IMG/VR virus record: IMGVR_UViG_3300042827_000007
Span: 4,848 to 68,847 of that record
Length of the DNA stretch: 64,000 nt
Source of the DNA: a virus
Strand: one strand, 5' to 3'
The position numbers and the translations under genes were made by a program. Each line of letters opens with the position of its first letter. The stretch's first letter is position 1. Below, piece after piece: positions 27,924-36,358 of the stretch. A model generated the notes under the pieces. That model worked only from the letters and a program-made list of their open reading frames with translations, was not told the DNA's origin and searched no databases.

Positions 27924-28408
27924 TCTTCCTCCCGCGGGGGGTCGTCGTCGAGTCGGATCGGCTGACCGCCGATGGAGATCGAGCCGTCCGCCTCGGGGAA
28001 CCACAGCCCCTCCGCGACGGCGGTCTCCCGCGCTTGCTGGATGATCCGCCGGGTCCGGACGCGCCGGACGGCGTGCGCGCGGACCCGACGGCGGGCCTCC
28101 CACCGGAGGGCCTTCACCGGCAGGACGAGGCCGAGCGCGACGTACAGCGGGCCGGCCCCGCCGTGAAGCACCTCGAACCAGGCGAGGAACACGGCGGCGG
28201 CGAGGAAGCTCACCCGGAGCTTGAGCGTGAACGGCACGTAGCCGGCCGGGCGGCGACGAGAGGGCCGGCCGTAGTAGCCGGCGGCGACCCGCTCGTACGC
28301 CGATTCGACCTCGCGCTCCGAGATCGGGGAGTACCCCGGCCCGGTCTGGACGGTCACCCGGTACCAGGCGTCGCCCTCGTTCCGGTCGTCCCAGATGTCC
28401 CGGCTCAC
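27920..28408 (-). CDS. Membrane protein
   Basis: Two TM segments (VSFLAAAVFLAWF; LYVALGLVLPV); GTGA coupling. Confidence 0.65.
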   Translation of the reverse strand: MSRDIWDDRNEGDAWYRVTVQTGPGYSPISEREVESAYERVAAGYYGRPSRRRPAGYVPFTLKLRVSFLAAAVFLAWFEVLHGGAGPLYVALGLVLPVKALRWEARRRVRAHAVRRVRTRRIIQQARETAVAEGLWFPEADGSISIGGQPIRLDDDPPREEE

Positions 28409-28812
28409 CGTGCGGCCCTCCGGCGGAGCGCGAGCGTCGCCTGGCGGGCGGTCAGGTCGGCGCGGCCGATCGCGACCCGCTCGACCTCGATCCCGTCCGT
28501 GCGCTCGTAGTTGACGCGGAGGACGACCGTCGCGCCGGCCCGGCCGACGTTCGTCAGGTAGACCCGCTCGGCGACCATGGACTCCACGTCGTAGCCGAGG
28601 CGGGCCAGCTCCCGGACGAGTTCCTTCGTCCACCGGTCCGAGGACCGCCAGGTCGAGTCGATCTGCTCACGGGTCGTCGGGACACGCCGGACGACGCGCT
28701 CGCCGAGGTCCCGGCGGCCGGTCGGGGCGTGCGGGTTGTCCGTGCGGTCGGTCCCGCCGAGGCGGAGGACGTCGTGTGCGGCAAGCTCTCGAATGTCCCA
28801 CTCGCGGCTCAT
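28405..28812 (-). CDS. Hypothetical protein
   Basis: MSREWDIREL...; GGAGGG RBS downstream of a promoter-like motif. Confidence 0.7.
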   Translation of the reverse strand: MSREWDIRELAAHDVLRLGGTDRTDNPHAPTGRRDLGERVVRRVPTTREQIDSTWRSSDRWTKELVRELARLGYDVESMVAERVYLTNVGRAGATVVLRVNYERTDGIEVERVAIGRADLTARQATLALRRRAAR

Positions 28813-28830
28813 GGTCAGGTTCCCTCCAGC

Positions 28831-28877
28831 GTCGGCAGTCGTCGTTACCTCCACAGGATAACACCCCGTGCGTGATC
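28831..28877 (-). promoter_or_regulatory. Degenerate member of the repeated promoter family plus ACTGCCGAC leader
   Basis: Minus strand TCACGCACGGGGTG-TTATCCT-GTGGAGGTAACGACGACTGCCGAC; TGn extended -10. Confidence 0.55.
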
Positions 28878-29036
28878 CAGGGAAGCCCCCGCGGTCTCGT
28901 ACTTCCGGCGGAGCCGAGCCTTCGACGCCCGGCTGTTCTGGCGCTCCGGGTCGTACCACGGGCACGCCGGCCGGTGGCCGCGCTTGCGGGCCGTCCGGCG
29001 GCGGCACCCGCACTCCAGGCGGGACGCGGCCATCAC
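28845..29036 (-). CDS. Small basic Cys/His protein
   Basis: 63 aa, CGC..HRPAC; ATGA coupling; end overlaps the promoter motif. Confidence 0.5.
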   Translation of the reverse strand: MMAASRLECGCRRRTARKRGHRPACPWYDPERQNSRASKARLRRKYETAGASLDHARGVILWR

Positions 29037-29818
29037 TCGTCACCGTCATAACGGTGGTCGTGCGGCTCCGACGCCCAGCCCTGCTCCGGGACGACGTCGG
29101 ACTTGCCGGCGGCGGCCAGCCGGTCCAGGTGAGGGAACTCGGTACTCGGGACGGCCAGGGCGGACACCGCCAGGAACACCCCGCGGTCGTCGTCCCGGCG
29201 GTCGACCTTCGCCGCGACCGTGTACCGCTCCCCGACGAGGATCGGCGTCATCGTCGCCTCCAGTACGACCGGCGGGATCTCGATCTCGACGTTCCCGTAC
29301 GGCAGGCGGAACAGCCCGCGGGCGACCTCGCGGCCCTGGAAAGTCGGCTCCCGGCGAAGCGACCCGATGACCCCCGTCAGGACCACCTCCGCGCCGTCGG
29401 CCTCGTGCTCGATCTCCCGCGGCTCCCGGCGGTACAGCTCCGGGTGAGCCTCGAACCGGCGGGCGTGCTGGCGGGCCAGCTCCAGATCGGCGACGAACCC
29501 GTCCAGGTTCGTGATCGTGTACGCGCCGGCCTGGATGGCGTGGAGCACGAGACACCCGGCCTCGTCGACGGCGATGTCCAGCCCGCCGACGCGGGTCGTC
29601 GAGGCGTAGACGTCGAACTCCCGCGGGTGGACCGGCTGGCGCACGGCGCGCGTGTTCGCCGGGGCGGTCGTGCGGTGCCGGGCGCGGGCCTGGCCGCACA
29701 GTGCGGTCCCGAGGTTCGTCCCGTCGATCAGGTGCTCACACCGCGGGGCGTCCGGGTTCCGGGCCTCGAACGGGTGATCGAGATCGGGCATGGTCTTGCG
29801 CTGGTCGATGGTCATCAT
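29033..29818 (-). CDS. Protein with C-terminal OB fold resembling the DnaE (Pol III alpha) OB domain
   Basis: VVLTGVIGSLRREPTFQGREVA..GNVEIEIPP..YTVAAKVDRRDD. Confidence 0.6.
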   Translation of the reverse strand: MMTIDQRKTMPDLDHPFEARNPDAPRCEHLIDGTNLGTALCGQARARHRTTAPANTRAVRQPVHPREFDVYASTTRVGGLDIAVDEAGCLVLHAIQAGAYTITNLDGFVADLELARQHARRFEAHPELYRREPREIEHEADGAEVVLTGVIGSLRREPTFQGREVARGLFRLPYGNVEIEIPPVVLEATMTPILVGERYTVAAKVDRRDDDRGVFLAVSALAVPSTEFPHLDRLAAAGKSDVVPEQGWASEPHDHRYDGDE

Positions 29819-29928
29819 TTCCTCCTGGCGTAGTAGCACATCACGGCGAAGGCCGCGACGACGAAGAGAGAGCACACGATCAGGACGGGGTCGTTCTTCG
29901 GCCACGTGCTGACGACGATGCCGATCAC
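29815..29928 (-). CDS. Small single-pass membrane protein
   Basis: 37 aa, VLIVCSLFVVAAFAVMCYY followed by ARRK; coupled both sides. Confidence 0.55.
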   Translation of the reverse strand: MIGIVVSTWPKNDPVLIVCSLFVVAAFAVMCYYARRK

Positions 29929-30239
29929 TTCCGGGCCTCGCCGCACTGCGGGGATGCACCGGACCGGCAGATCTGCTCCGTGAGCTTGAGCTGTTCGGCA
30001 CCCTTGCGGAGCCAGTCGGCCCGGCGCTCGGCGTGCGAGGTGCGGGAGTCGGCGATGGGGCCGACGTTGCCGAAGTCCTTCGGGTGGCGGGGGTCGTACG
30101 ACTTCGCGTAGGTCCACCACGCGCGCCACACCCGGGCGTGCTCGCCGCAGAGGTCGGCCGGCGGCCGGCGGGTCTGGGGGAACTCGGGGACGGCCAGTAG
30201 GCCGGCGGCGCGGAGGGCTGGTACCTGTTCCTCGGGCAT
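29925..30239 (-). CDS. Hypothetical protein
   Basis: 104 aa; GGAG RBS. Confidence 0.7.
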   Translation of the reverse strand: MPEEQVPALRAAGLLAVPEFPQTRRPPADLCGEHARVWRAWWTYAKSYDPRHPKDFGNVGPIADSRTSHAERRADWLRKGAEQLKLTEQICRSGASPQCGEARK

Positions 30240-30251
30240 CGTTGCTCCAGG

Positions 30252-30297
30252 GTCGGCAGCGGTCGTTACGCGCTCAGAATAACAGCCGGGCCGTGAT
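30252..30297 (-). promoter_or_regulatory. Degenerate member of the repeated promoter family plus leader
   Basis: Minus strand TCACGGCCCGGCTG-TTATTCT-GAGCGCGTAACGACCGCTGCCGAC. Confidence 0.55.
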
Positions 30298-30301
30298 CAA
30301 G

Positions 30302-30535
30302 CTAGAGGTACTTCGGGTCGGCCCGGACCGTGACCGCCCACTCATGATCGGAGAACCACCCGAACGTCGGGACGTCGAACTCCCCCGGGCGATGCCAGGA
30401 CGGCCGGTCCAGCCGATGGACCGGGGCCACCGCGGGCCGGCCGGCCTCCAGGTCTTCGCGCCACTTCCGCCACCGCTCGATCTCCGCGTCCCAGTCGTCG
30501 AGGTACGCGCGGTCCGGGCCGTCCTCCATGGTCAT
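30302..30535 (-). CDS. Hypothetical protein
   Basis: MTMEDGPD..., GGGGAG RBS. Confidence 0.65.
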   Translation of the reverse strand: MTMEDGPDRAYLDDWDAEIERWRKWREDLEAGRPAVAPVHRLDRPSWHRPGEFDVPTFGWFSDHEWAVTVRADPKYL

Positions 30536-30561
30536 CTCCCCATCGGCAGTAGGGTCATCAC

Positions 30562-31659
30562 GTGAGCGTAAACCCCGACGACTGGAGCCTCCGCCGCTCC
30601 GCACCCGTCGATCTGTTCGACGACTACTCCGGCCGGCGGCGGCGGCCGGAAGGCATCCACGAGGCCGACGAGGGCGCGATCCAGGGCCACCGGCGACCCG
30701 TCGAGCTGGTCCCGACCGGGCCCCGACTGATCACCGCGACGGCGGTCGCGACGGCCGCCCTCGTCCTGCCCGGTGCGATCGTCCTCGACGGCGGCGGCCA
30801 CGGGCACCAGGCGGACGCCGCGCTCGGCGAGGCCCCGCAAGTCGCCCCGGGCCTGCCGGCCACACCGCCGCCCGGCCAGCCGTTGACCGAGCCCGTCCCG
30901 GCTGGCAGCGTGAAGCGCATCCCGGCGGGCCAGGCCGTCACCTACCCGGCGGGCGGGTCGGCCCCCGCTCCCGCCGTCACGGCCCCCGCGGACACGGAAG
31001 CGGGGCCGACCCAACCAGGGCCGACCCCGCCACGAACCGGTGAGGCTACGAGGCCCCCGACCGATCGTCCGTCTCATCCGGCCCCGGCTCAGCCTCCGCG
31101 GGCGACCCCGGATCGGCCGGCACATCCGGAGCACCCGGCGCACCCGGCGACTCCGCCGGACGCGTCCCCTCGGCCGCCGGAGGTTGTTCCCGACCAGGGC
31201 CCGCCGGGTCTGACCCGCTCGACGCCTCCAGGGCACGCGAAGCGCGCCACGCCAGGAACGGAGCCTCGACGCCGGCCGGCAGGACGACCGACCCCGGAGA
31301 CACCCGCGGGCCGTCCGGGTGCTGAGCGTTCCACGCCCTCGCCTCGTCGGGCAGGACCAGCAACTCCCCCGGCCGCCGCTCGGCACCACGCGGAGGAACC
31401 ACCGGCTGACCGGTCCGAGGGCCGGCGGCACGGTGAAGGGAGGACAGCCCCCGAGCGAGCGAATCGGCCAGCCCGCGGAGAAGATGCTCCGGGAAGATCG
31501 GAGTCGGCACCGTCACGCGCGGGACGCGGAGGTCACCGAGACCCGATGCGGCCCCTTGCGGAACCAGAGGCCGAGCACCGGCCAGGAGATCGAGCGGGTG
31601 AGTCCGCGTCGTCGATCCTTGACCGGCTCCAGCGCGAGCGAGACGCGCGGCGCGGATAA
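30562..31659 (+). CDS. Single-pass membrane protein with long Pro-rich tail, antisense to surrounding block
   Basis: TM LITATAVATAALVLPGAIVL; strong GC3 to ~31020; TAGGGT 6 nt before GTG suggests a leaderless mRNA. Confidence 0.55.
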   Translation: MSVNPDDWSLRRSAPVDLFDDYSGRRRRPEGIHEADEGAIQGHRRPVELVPTGPRLITATAVATAALVLPGAIVLDGGGHGHQADAALGEAPQVAPGLPATPPPGQPLTEPVPAGSVKRIPAGQAVTYPAGGSAPAPAVTAPADTEAGPTQPGPTPPRTGEATRPPTDRPSHPAPAQPPRATPDRPAHPEHPAHPATPPDASPRPPEVVPDQGPPGLTRSTPPGHAKRATPGTEPRRRPAGRPTPETPAGRPGAERSTPSPRRAGPATPPAAARHHAEEPPADRSEGRRHGEGRTAPERANRPARGEDAPGRSESAPSRAGRGGHRDPMRPLAEPEAEHRPGDRAGESASSILDRLQRERDARRG

Positions 31660-31810
31660 GCGTCAACCACTCCACACGCACCCGAGGCATGACGGCCGCC
31701 AGCGCTCCAGCGAGCGCGGCGGCCGTCGACGTGTCCCGGACCGTGACCTCCGTCGTCGGGCCGAGGTTCGAGAACGGCCCTTCTTCGATCCTGATCGTTA
31801 CGCGGGTCAT
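31046..31810 (-). CDS. Hypothetical protein overlapping the convergent + strand ORF
   Basis: GGAGG RBS, ATGA coupling with upstream gene, high GC3 in first ~40 codons. Confidence 0.55.
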   Translation of the reverse strand: MTRVTIRIEEGPFSNLGPTTEVTVRDTSTAAALAGALAAVMPRVRVEWLTLIRAARLARAGAGQGSTTRTHPLDLLAGARPLVPQGAASGLGDLRVPRVTVPTPIFPEHLLRGLADSLARGLSSLHRAAGPRTGQPVVPPRGAERRPGELLVLPDEARAWNAQHPDGPRVSPGSVVLPAGVEAPFLAWRASRALEASSGSDPAGPGREQPPAAEGTRPAESPGAPGAPDVPADPGSPAEAEPGPDETDDRSGAS

Positions 31811-32277
31811 CCCCGCCTCCCCTCACAGCGGAACCGGCGGGTCTCGCCGGACCCCTCGTCCAGGACGTACCGGTCGACGTGCGGGCCGTGCTCGCGGGCG
31901 ACCCCGTCCGCGTCGGCGTCGCCGCACCACGACGGGCCCCACTCCCGGACCGGGCCCCCGCGGTAGTCCCCGCGGCGGCGTCGGCGGCCGTCGGCGTCGC
32001 ACTGCCGGCGGTACGTGACCTGATCGACCCACCGGCCCCCGATCGAGACCGGGGGCGGCGGGTACTCGGCGTTCTCTTCGGCGACCCGGGCTCGGTAGCC
32101 GGCCTCGTAGCCGGACCGCCAGGACAGCTCCGAGGGCTCACCCTCGACGGCCTCCCGTGCCCACCGGGCGGCCTCCCCCATGAGGTACGCGACCTGTTCC
32201 CGGGTGAACAGGTGGTCGGGGTCGGCGAGGGCGGCCTGGAGCCGGTCGATCGGCGTTGCGTCGGCAGTGATCGTCAT
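31807..32277 (-). CDS. Hypothetical protein
   Basis: MTITADATPIDRL...; coupled overlaps. Confidence 0.7.
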   Translation of the reverse strand: MTITADATPIDRLQAALADPDHLFTREQVAYLMGEAARWAREAVEGEPSELSWRSGYEAGYRARVAEENAEYPPPPVSIGGRWVDQVTYRRQCDADGRRRRRGDYRGGPVREWGPSWCGDADADGVAREHGPHVDRYVLDEGSGETRRFRCEGRRG

Positions 32278-32666
32278 GCGCTGAACCATCCGTAGACGAA
32301 GGCGTACCCGAACAGGAGACCCAACACGCCGACGAAACGCAAGCCGAGGGGTGACTCCGTCATCCACCACTTGACCCCGTCGACGAGATACCGGAACACC
32401 CCGACGTGGATCGGGACCCGGGCCGGCAGGGGCGGCGGGAGCGGCAGGCACATCCGCCAGTTGTGCGCCAGCCACCGGATCTCGTCCGGGGACCAGGCCC
32501 ACCACTCCGGGTCGACTTGCATGGTCACTCCGACCCGGCAGCGCGCGACGGCCAGGGTCACTCCTTCCTCGTGCGCGCGGACAGCGTCGGCGTACGTCGG
32601 TGCGGTGCGCTCGGCGGCGCGGCACGCCGGGCAGTACGCCGGCCGGTCAACGTGGTCAGTCTCCAC
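32274..32666 (-). CDS. Protein with CxxC and C-terminal TM segment
   Basis: YCPACR; FVGVLGLLFGYAFVYGWF. Confidence 0.65.
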   Translation of the reverse strand: METDHVDRPAYCPACRAAERTAPTYADAVRAHEEGVTLAVARCRVGVTMQVDPEWWAWSPDEIRWLAHNWRMCLPLPPPLPARVPIHVGVFRYLVDGVKWWMTESPLGLRFVGVLGLLFGYAFVYGWFSA

Positions 32667-33063
32667 CGGAGATCACCCCCTTGTAACGGATCTGGTTCGC
32701 GATCGGGTTCTTCGTGCGGACCCGCTGTTTCTCGATCGCCTTCGCGATCTCCTTCGAGCGGTACCACGTGACCCGGGAGGGCCACATGTTCGCCTGGACG
32801 GCGGGGTCCGCGTCCCACCACCACCGGCGCGGGTGGCCGGGCGGGAGCTTGCTCTGGTACTGGACGTGCCGCTTCATCCGCTTAGCGACGTCGGAGCACT
32901 CGCCGATGTAGAGCAGCGACCCGTCCTCCGTGTCGATCTCGTAGACCCAGTGACCCTCTGACGTGAAGTTCAGGACCGCCCACCGGACCAGGAAGACGAG
33001 GGCGAGGACGACCACGGCGAAGACGAAGGCCCCGCCGAGGTCGCCCCACCGGAAGTCGTTCAT
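32656..33063 (-). CDS. GIY-YIG-family nuclease with N-terminal membrane anchor
   Basis: TM GGAFVFAVVVLALVFLVRWAVL then WVYEI..LLYIGEC..KRMKRH..E..NPIAN. Confidence 0.75.
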   Translation of the reverse strand: MNDFRWGDLGGAFVFAVVVLALVFLVRWAVLNFTSEGHWVYEIDTEDGSLLYIGECSDVAKRMKRHVQYQSKLPPGHPRRWWWDADPAVQANMWPSRVTWYRSKEIAKAIEKQRVRTKNPIANQIRYKGVISGGD

Positions 33064-33452
33064 GCCCACGGGCTCCAGAGGGAGAGCCAGCCCGTCGCCC
33101 CGAGCAGGACGACGGAGCCGGCCACCGCCCACCCGAGGCCGAACCCCGGGCGGGTCGAGGTCCCGCGGGCCCTCGCGGACATGCGGGCCTGGAGGCTGTT
33201 CCGCTGGCCGTTGACCGCCAGCCACCCGATCGTGATCGCGGCGGCCAGGACCAGCGCGCCGACGCCGAGCTTCACGTGATCGACGTACAGCCACAGGGCC
33301 ATGAGGCCGGCGACGGCGGCGGCCAGGATGACCAACTTCGACATGAGCGGACCCGCGATGATCCACCACGGGTGACGCCGCGCGATGGTGCGGTGCGCTT
33401 CGTGCTGCATGATCCGCCACTTCGTGTCGGAGTCCAGCCGTCGCCGTGCCAT
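33060..33452 (-). CDS. Three-TM membrane protein (Spd-like position)
   Basis: Three hydrophobic segments; co-oriented directly downstream of traB/traA-like genes. Confidence 0.7.
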   Translation of the reverse strand: MARRRLDSDTKWRIMQHEAHRTIARRHPWWIIAGPLMSKLVILAAAVAGLMALWLYVDHVKLGVGALVLAAAITIGWLAVNGQRNSLQARMSARARGTSTRPGFGLGWAVAGSVVLLGATGWLSLWSPWA

Positions 33453-33464
33453 GGTCCTACCTCC

Positions 33465-33842
33465 TTAGCCGTCGACTTCGAGGGTTCCCGAGTCCGTGGC
33501 GTTCTCCGCCTGGCGGATCGGTTCGATGTAGAGCACTTCGAGACGACGGATGAAGATCGTCATGTTCCGTGCGCAGTTGTAGAGATCCTGTGCGGCGGCG
33601 CGCAGGGGCTCGCAGATCTGCGTGGCGGCGTGGTTCGCGTCGCCGCCGTGGAGGAAGCGGGAGCGGTAGCCCCCGCCGTCGAGGCCCTTCGAGCGGAGCC
33701 CCTTGACGAGGCGGCCGTGAAGGGGGATCGCCATGTTCGCCAGGGCGTCCGAGCCCTGGATCGCGGCGGCGCGGAACGCCTCCGCGTAGCGCTTCCATTC
33801 GCTGGTTTTGGTCCCGGGCTGGCCGGGGGGCATCTGCGGCAT
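33465..33842 (-). CDS. TraA-like helical plasmid-transfer accessory protein
   Basis: 125 aa helical, adjacent to traB; AATQICEPLRAAAQDL..NMTIFIRRLE recalls actinomycete plasmid TraA; weak. Confidence 0.5.
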   Translation of the reverse strand: MPQMPPGQPGTKTSEWKRYAEAFRAAAIQGSDALANMAIPLHGRLVKGLRSKGLDGGGYRSRFLHGGDANHAATQICEPLRAAAQDLYNCARNMTIFIRRLEVLYIEPIRQAENATDSGTLEVDG

Positions 33843-33848
33843 GAGTGG

Positions 33849-36248
33849 TCAGCTCTCCTTCCGGGCCCCACCGCGCGGGCGGGGCGACGGGCCGGTCTTG
33901 TGGATCTGGAAGCGTCCGAATCCCAGACGCTCCAGGGTGTAGCCGTGGGGCAGGATGCGCGTACCTTCGCACACCGCGGACAGCCGGCGGGACATGGTGG
34001 GGTCGGACCAGGCGTACTCCATTTCGTCGTGGACGTCCTGGTTCGTGATCGTCGTCTTCCCCTTCGCGTACAGCCGGACGATCGCGGCGTCGAACGCGGC
34101 CTCGGCCTGTTCATTGTTCGGGGCGACGGGCTTCGTCTCGGGGAGGTCCGTGTCGAACCCGCCGACGTCGATCCCGACCCGCGGGTCCACCGCTTCCTCG
34201 TCGAGGCCGGGGTGAGCCATGGTCGACACCTCCCCGATCCCGCCCTCGCCGTCCGGCAGGGTCGAGCCCTCCGGGGTCTTCGTGACTGCTTCCACTTCGC
34301 GTCCTTCCTCGGTCTCGAACCCGGCTCCGGGCTGGTTCCGGATCACCCGCCGGATCTGCTGTGTCTGCTCCATGTCGCCCTCGGCGTTCGCGTCGTCGGG
34401 CTCGTACACACCGGTCTCCGGCGTCTCCGGCTGGCTCTCCGGCCGGGCCTTACGGGCTCCCTTCTTCTTCGGCTGGTCGGCTTCGGCCGCGCGCTCCGCG
34501 TCGGCCTGGTCGGCGGCTTCCTCCGCGGCGGCCATGACCGCCTCGGGGTCCGGGCCGTCCTCGTGCTTCGGCGCGGACCGCCGGAGCCCGATCAGAACGT
34601 CCGGGGTGATCTGGTCGTACAGGTCTCCCATCGCGGCGACGGCACCCGCGGAGAGAGTCATCGGCGTGAACGTCGACCGGGCCTGGAGGACCCGGTTCCG
34701 CAGGGCCCGCCGTTCCGACTTGAACGTCCGGCAGAGGATCGGCCAGCGCTCCTGGGGGATGCCCGGGGCGGAGTCGAGGTAGTGGAGGCCGGGGAGCCGC
34801 AGGGCGGACGGGTCCGCTCCCGCTTCCTCCGCGATCTTCGACAGGGAAAAGTCCCCGCTGTACTTGTCGCCGATCGCGAACGTCTTCCAGGTCGCCAGCG
34901 ACGAACGGAGCTTCGCCGTGATCTCACCCGTCGAGGCCCGCGGGAGGGACGGCTCCAGGAAGATCCCGAGGGACCGTCCGCGGGCACCCAACCACTCCCA
35001 CTCCTTCGTCATGATGTACTCGTCCGCCTCGTCGGCGATGACGAGGATCGCGGCCTCCCCGGTCTGCTGAGCCAGCTCCGGGGTCCACTCCCGGCCGACC
35101 TCCATGTCCTCGTCCTCGTTCAGCATTGCGTCGAGCGACACCTGGCCGAACAGCTCCACCCGGTACTCGGCGATGCGGCGCAACGCGAGCGCAACCTTCC
35201 GCGGAGTTGCGCCGTTCGGCCTTTCGCTGGGCCGGTCACATGCGCCGAACGCGAGCATGTCGGCGCACCACCCGACGTTCTGGCGAAACTTCGAGATGTC
35301 CAGCCACACGAGCAGCGCATCGCAACGCGTCAGCGTCTCCGCCGCGACGTTGTTCAGTTCGCCGCTCTTGCCGGAGCCGGTCGTCCCCTGGAGGCCGACG
35401 AACGTAGCTTGCGGCGCACGGAACGACGTCAGCGGCGACGTAACTTGCGCCTTGACGAACCCGAACCATTGATCTTCGCCGTCCTCGTAGTACGCCGTAC
35501 GGAACGGGTAGGCGAAGGACATCCCCGGGTGCGACGGGCCGGGCCAGGTGCGCCACTCCGAGACGAACGGGTCGGCCATGAGCATCCGGATCTGGGAGCT
35601 TCCGCCCCGGTGGTCCGGCTGAGTCACGGTGGTCCGGCCGACGACCGCGCCGGCCGCGTCGGCGAGTTTCTTCGCCCCGTTCTGGACGTTCTCGACGGTC
35701 TCGCCCGGCCCGTGCTCGACGTCGATCACGACGTGGGTCGGGGTCGTGGTGACCTTCTTCGGCCGGGACTTCGCGAGGCCGATCACGTCCGCCCAACCGT
35801 CGGAGGACTCGCCCTTAGCGGCGGCCCGGAAGACGTCGATCCGGTAGAGCATCCAGGACCCCCACACGATCGCGGTCGTGAACACGGCCGTGACGTTCAG
35901 GAACCGGTGGTGCCATCCGAGGAACGTGAACAGGTTCCCGCCGAGGCCGACCAGGAACAGGGTCGCCGCGACGTGCTTGATCACGAAACTGATCCGCTTC
36001 GCGCGGAACAGGCCGACGCCGATCGCGATGACGGAGATCAGGCACCCGGAGATCAGCCAGGCGTCCGCGATCAGGACCCCGGTCGCCGGGTCCCACAGCA
36101 TGATCCCGCGGGAGGCCGCGAACAGGGCCGGCAGGACGAGGAACGCGACCATGAGCGACGCCAGGAACGGGGTCGCGCGCTTCTTCGTGGGGCGGACGTG
36201 GACGGACACGCCCTCGTGGTCTTCGCGCCGCTCAGCCTTCGTGCTCAT
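33849..36248 (-). CDS. traB: TraB-like FtsK/SpoIIIE-family conjugal DNA translocase
   Basis: Four N-terminal TMs; WPGPSHPG..YYEDG; Walker A GTTGSGKS; Walker B IADEA; GRSLGIFL..PRAS; C-terminal wHTH-like segment. Confidence 0.85.
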   Translation of the reverse strand: MSTKAERREDHEGVSVHVRPTKKRATPFLASLMVAFLVLPALFAASRGIMLWDPATGVLIADAWLISGCLISVIAIGVGLFRAKRISFVIKHVAATLFLVGLGGNLFTFLGWHHRFLNVTAVFTTAIVWGSWMLYRIDVFRAAAKGESSDGWADVIGLAKSRPKKVTTTPTHVVIDVEHGPGETVENVQNGAKKLADAAGAVVGRTTVTQPDHRGGSSQIRMLMADPFVSEWRTWPGPSHPGMSFAYPFRTAYYEDGEDQWFGFVKAQVTSPLTSFRAPQATFVGLQGTTGSGKSGELNNVAAETLTRCDALLVWLDISKFRQNVGWCADMLAFGACDRPSERPNGATPRKVALALRRIAEYRVELFGQVSLDAMLNEDEDMEVGREWTPELAQQTGEAAILVIADEADEYIMTKEWEWLGARGRSLGIFLEPSLPRASTGEITAKLRSSLATWKTFAIGDKYSGDFSLSKIAEEAGADPSALRLPGLHYLDSAPGIPQERWPILCRTFKSERRALRNRVLQARSTFTPMTLSAGAVAAMGDLYDQITPDVLIGLRRSAPKHEDGPDPEAVMAAAEEAADQADAERAAEADQPKKKGARKARPESQPETPETGVYEPDDANAEGDMEQTQQIRRVIRNQPGAGFETEEGREVEAVTKTPEGSTLPDGEGGIGEVSTMAHPGLDEEAVDPRVGIDVGGFDTDLPETKPVAPNNEQAEAAFDAAIVRLYAKGKTTITNQDVHDEMEYAWSDPTMSRRLSAVCEGTRILPHGYTLERLGFGRFQIHKTGPSPRPRGGARKES

Positions 36249-36270
36249 GGCCGCCTCCCTTCACTGTCCG

Positions 36271-36358
36271 TAGATGATCTGTGAAATTGCACCGTTGGAT
36301 CTTGCAATCTTGCAACCTGGACGAACTGCGTTTTTCAGGCGTGAAATTTCAGTGATCA
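36271..36358. promoter_or_regulatory. AT-rich intergenic segment with short repeats upstream of traB (candidate tra promoter/operator or clt)
   Basis: GTGAAATT at 36281 and 36341; tandem ATCTTGCA at 36299 and 36307; palindrome TGAAATTTCA. Confidence 0.45.

Noticed and set aside
30532-31045. Minus-strand gene ending with ATGA overlap at 30532
   Set aside because: This frame is the exact antisense of the + strand ORF at 30562 and translates as a typical shadow; overlap is likely coincidental
33276-36284. 1002-aa + strand ORF (and similar long ORFs 8395-10032, 18623-20614, 22338-24044, 39298-40656, 45729-47645)
   Set aside because: Exact antisense shadows of well-supported genes in high-GC DNA; composition dominated by R/G/V/D/H/L, no motifs, no RBS
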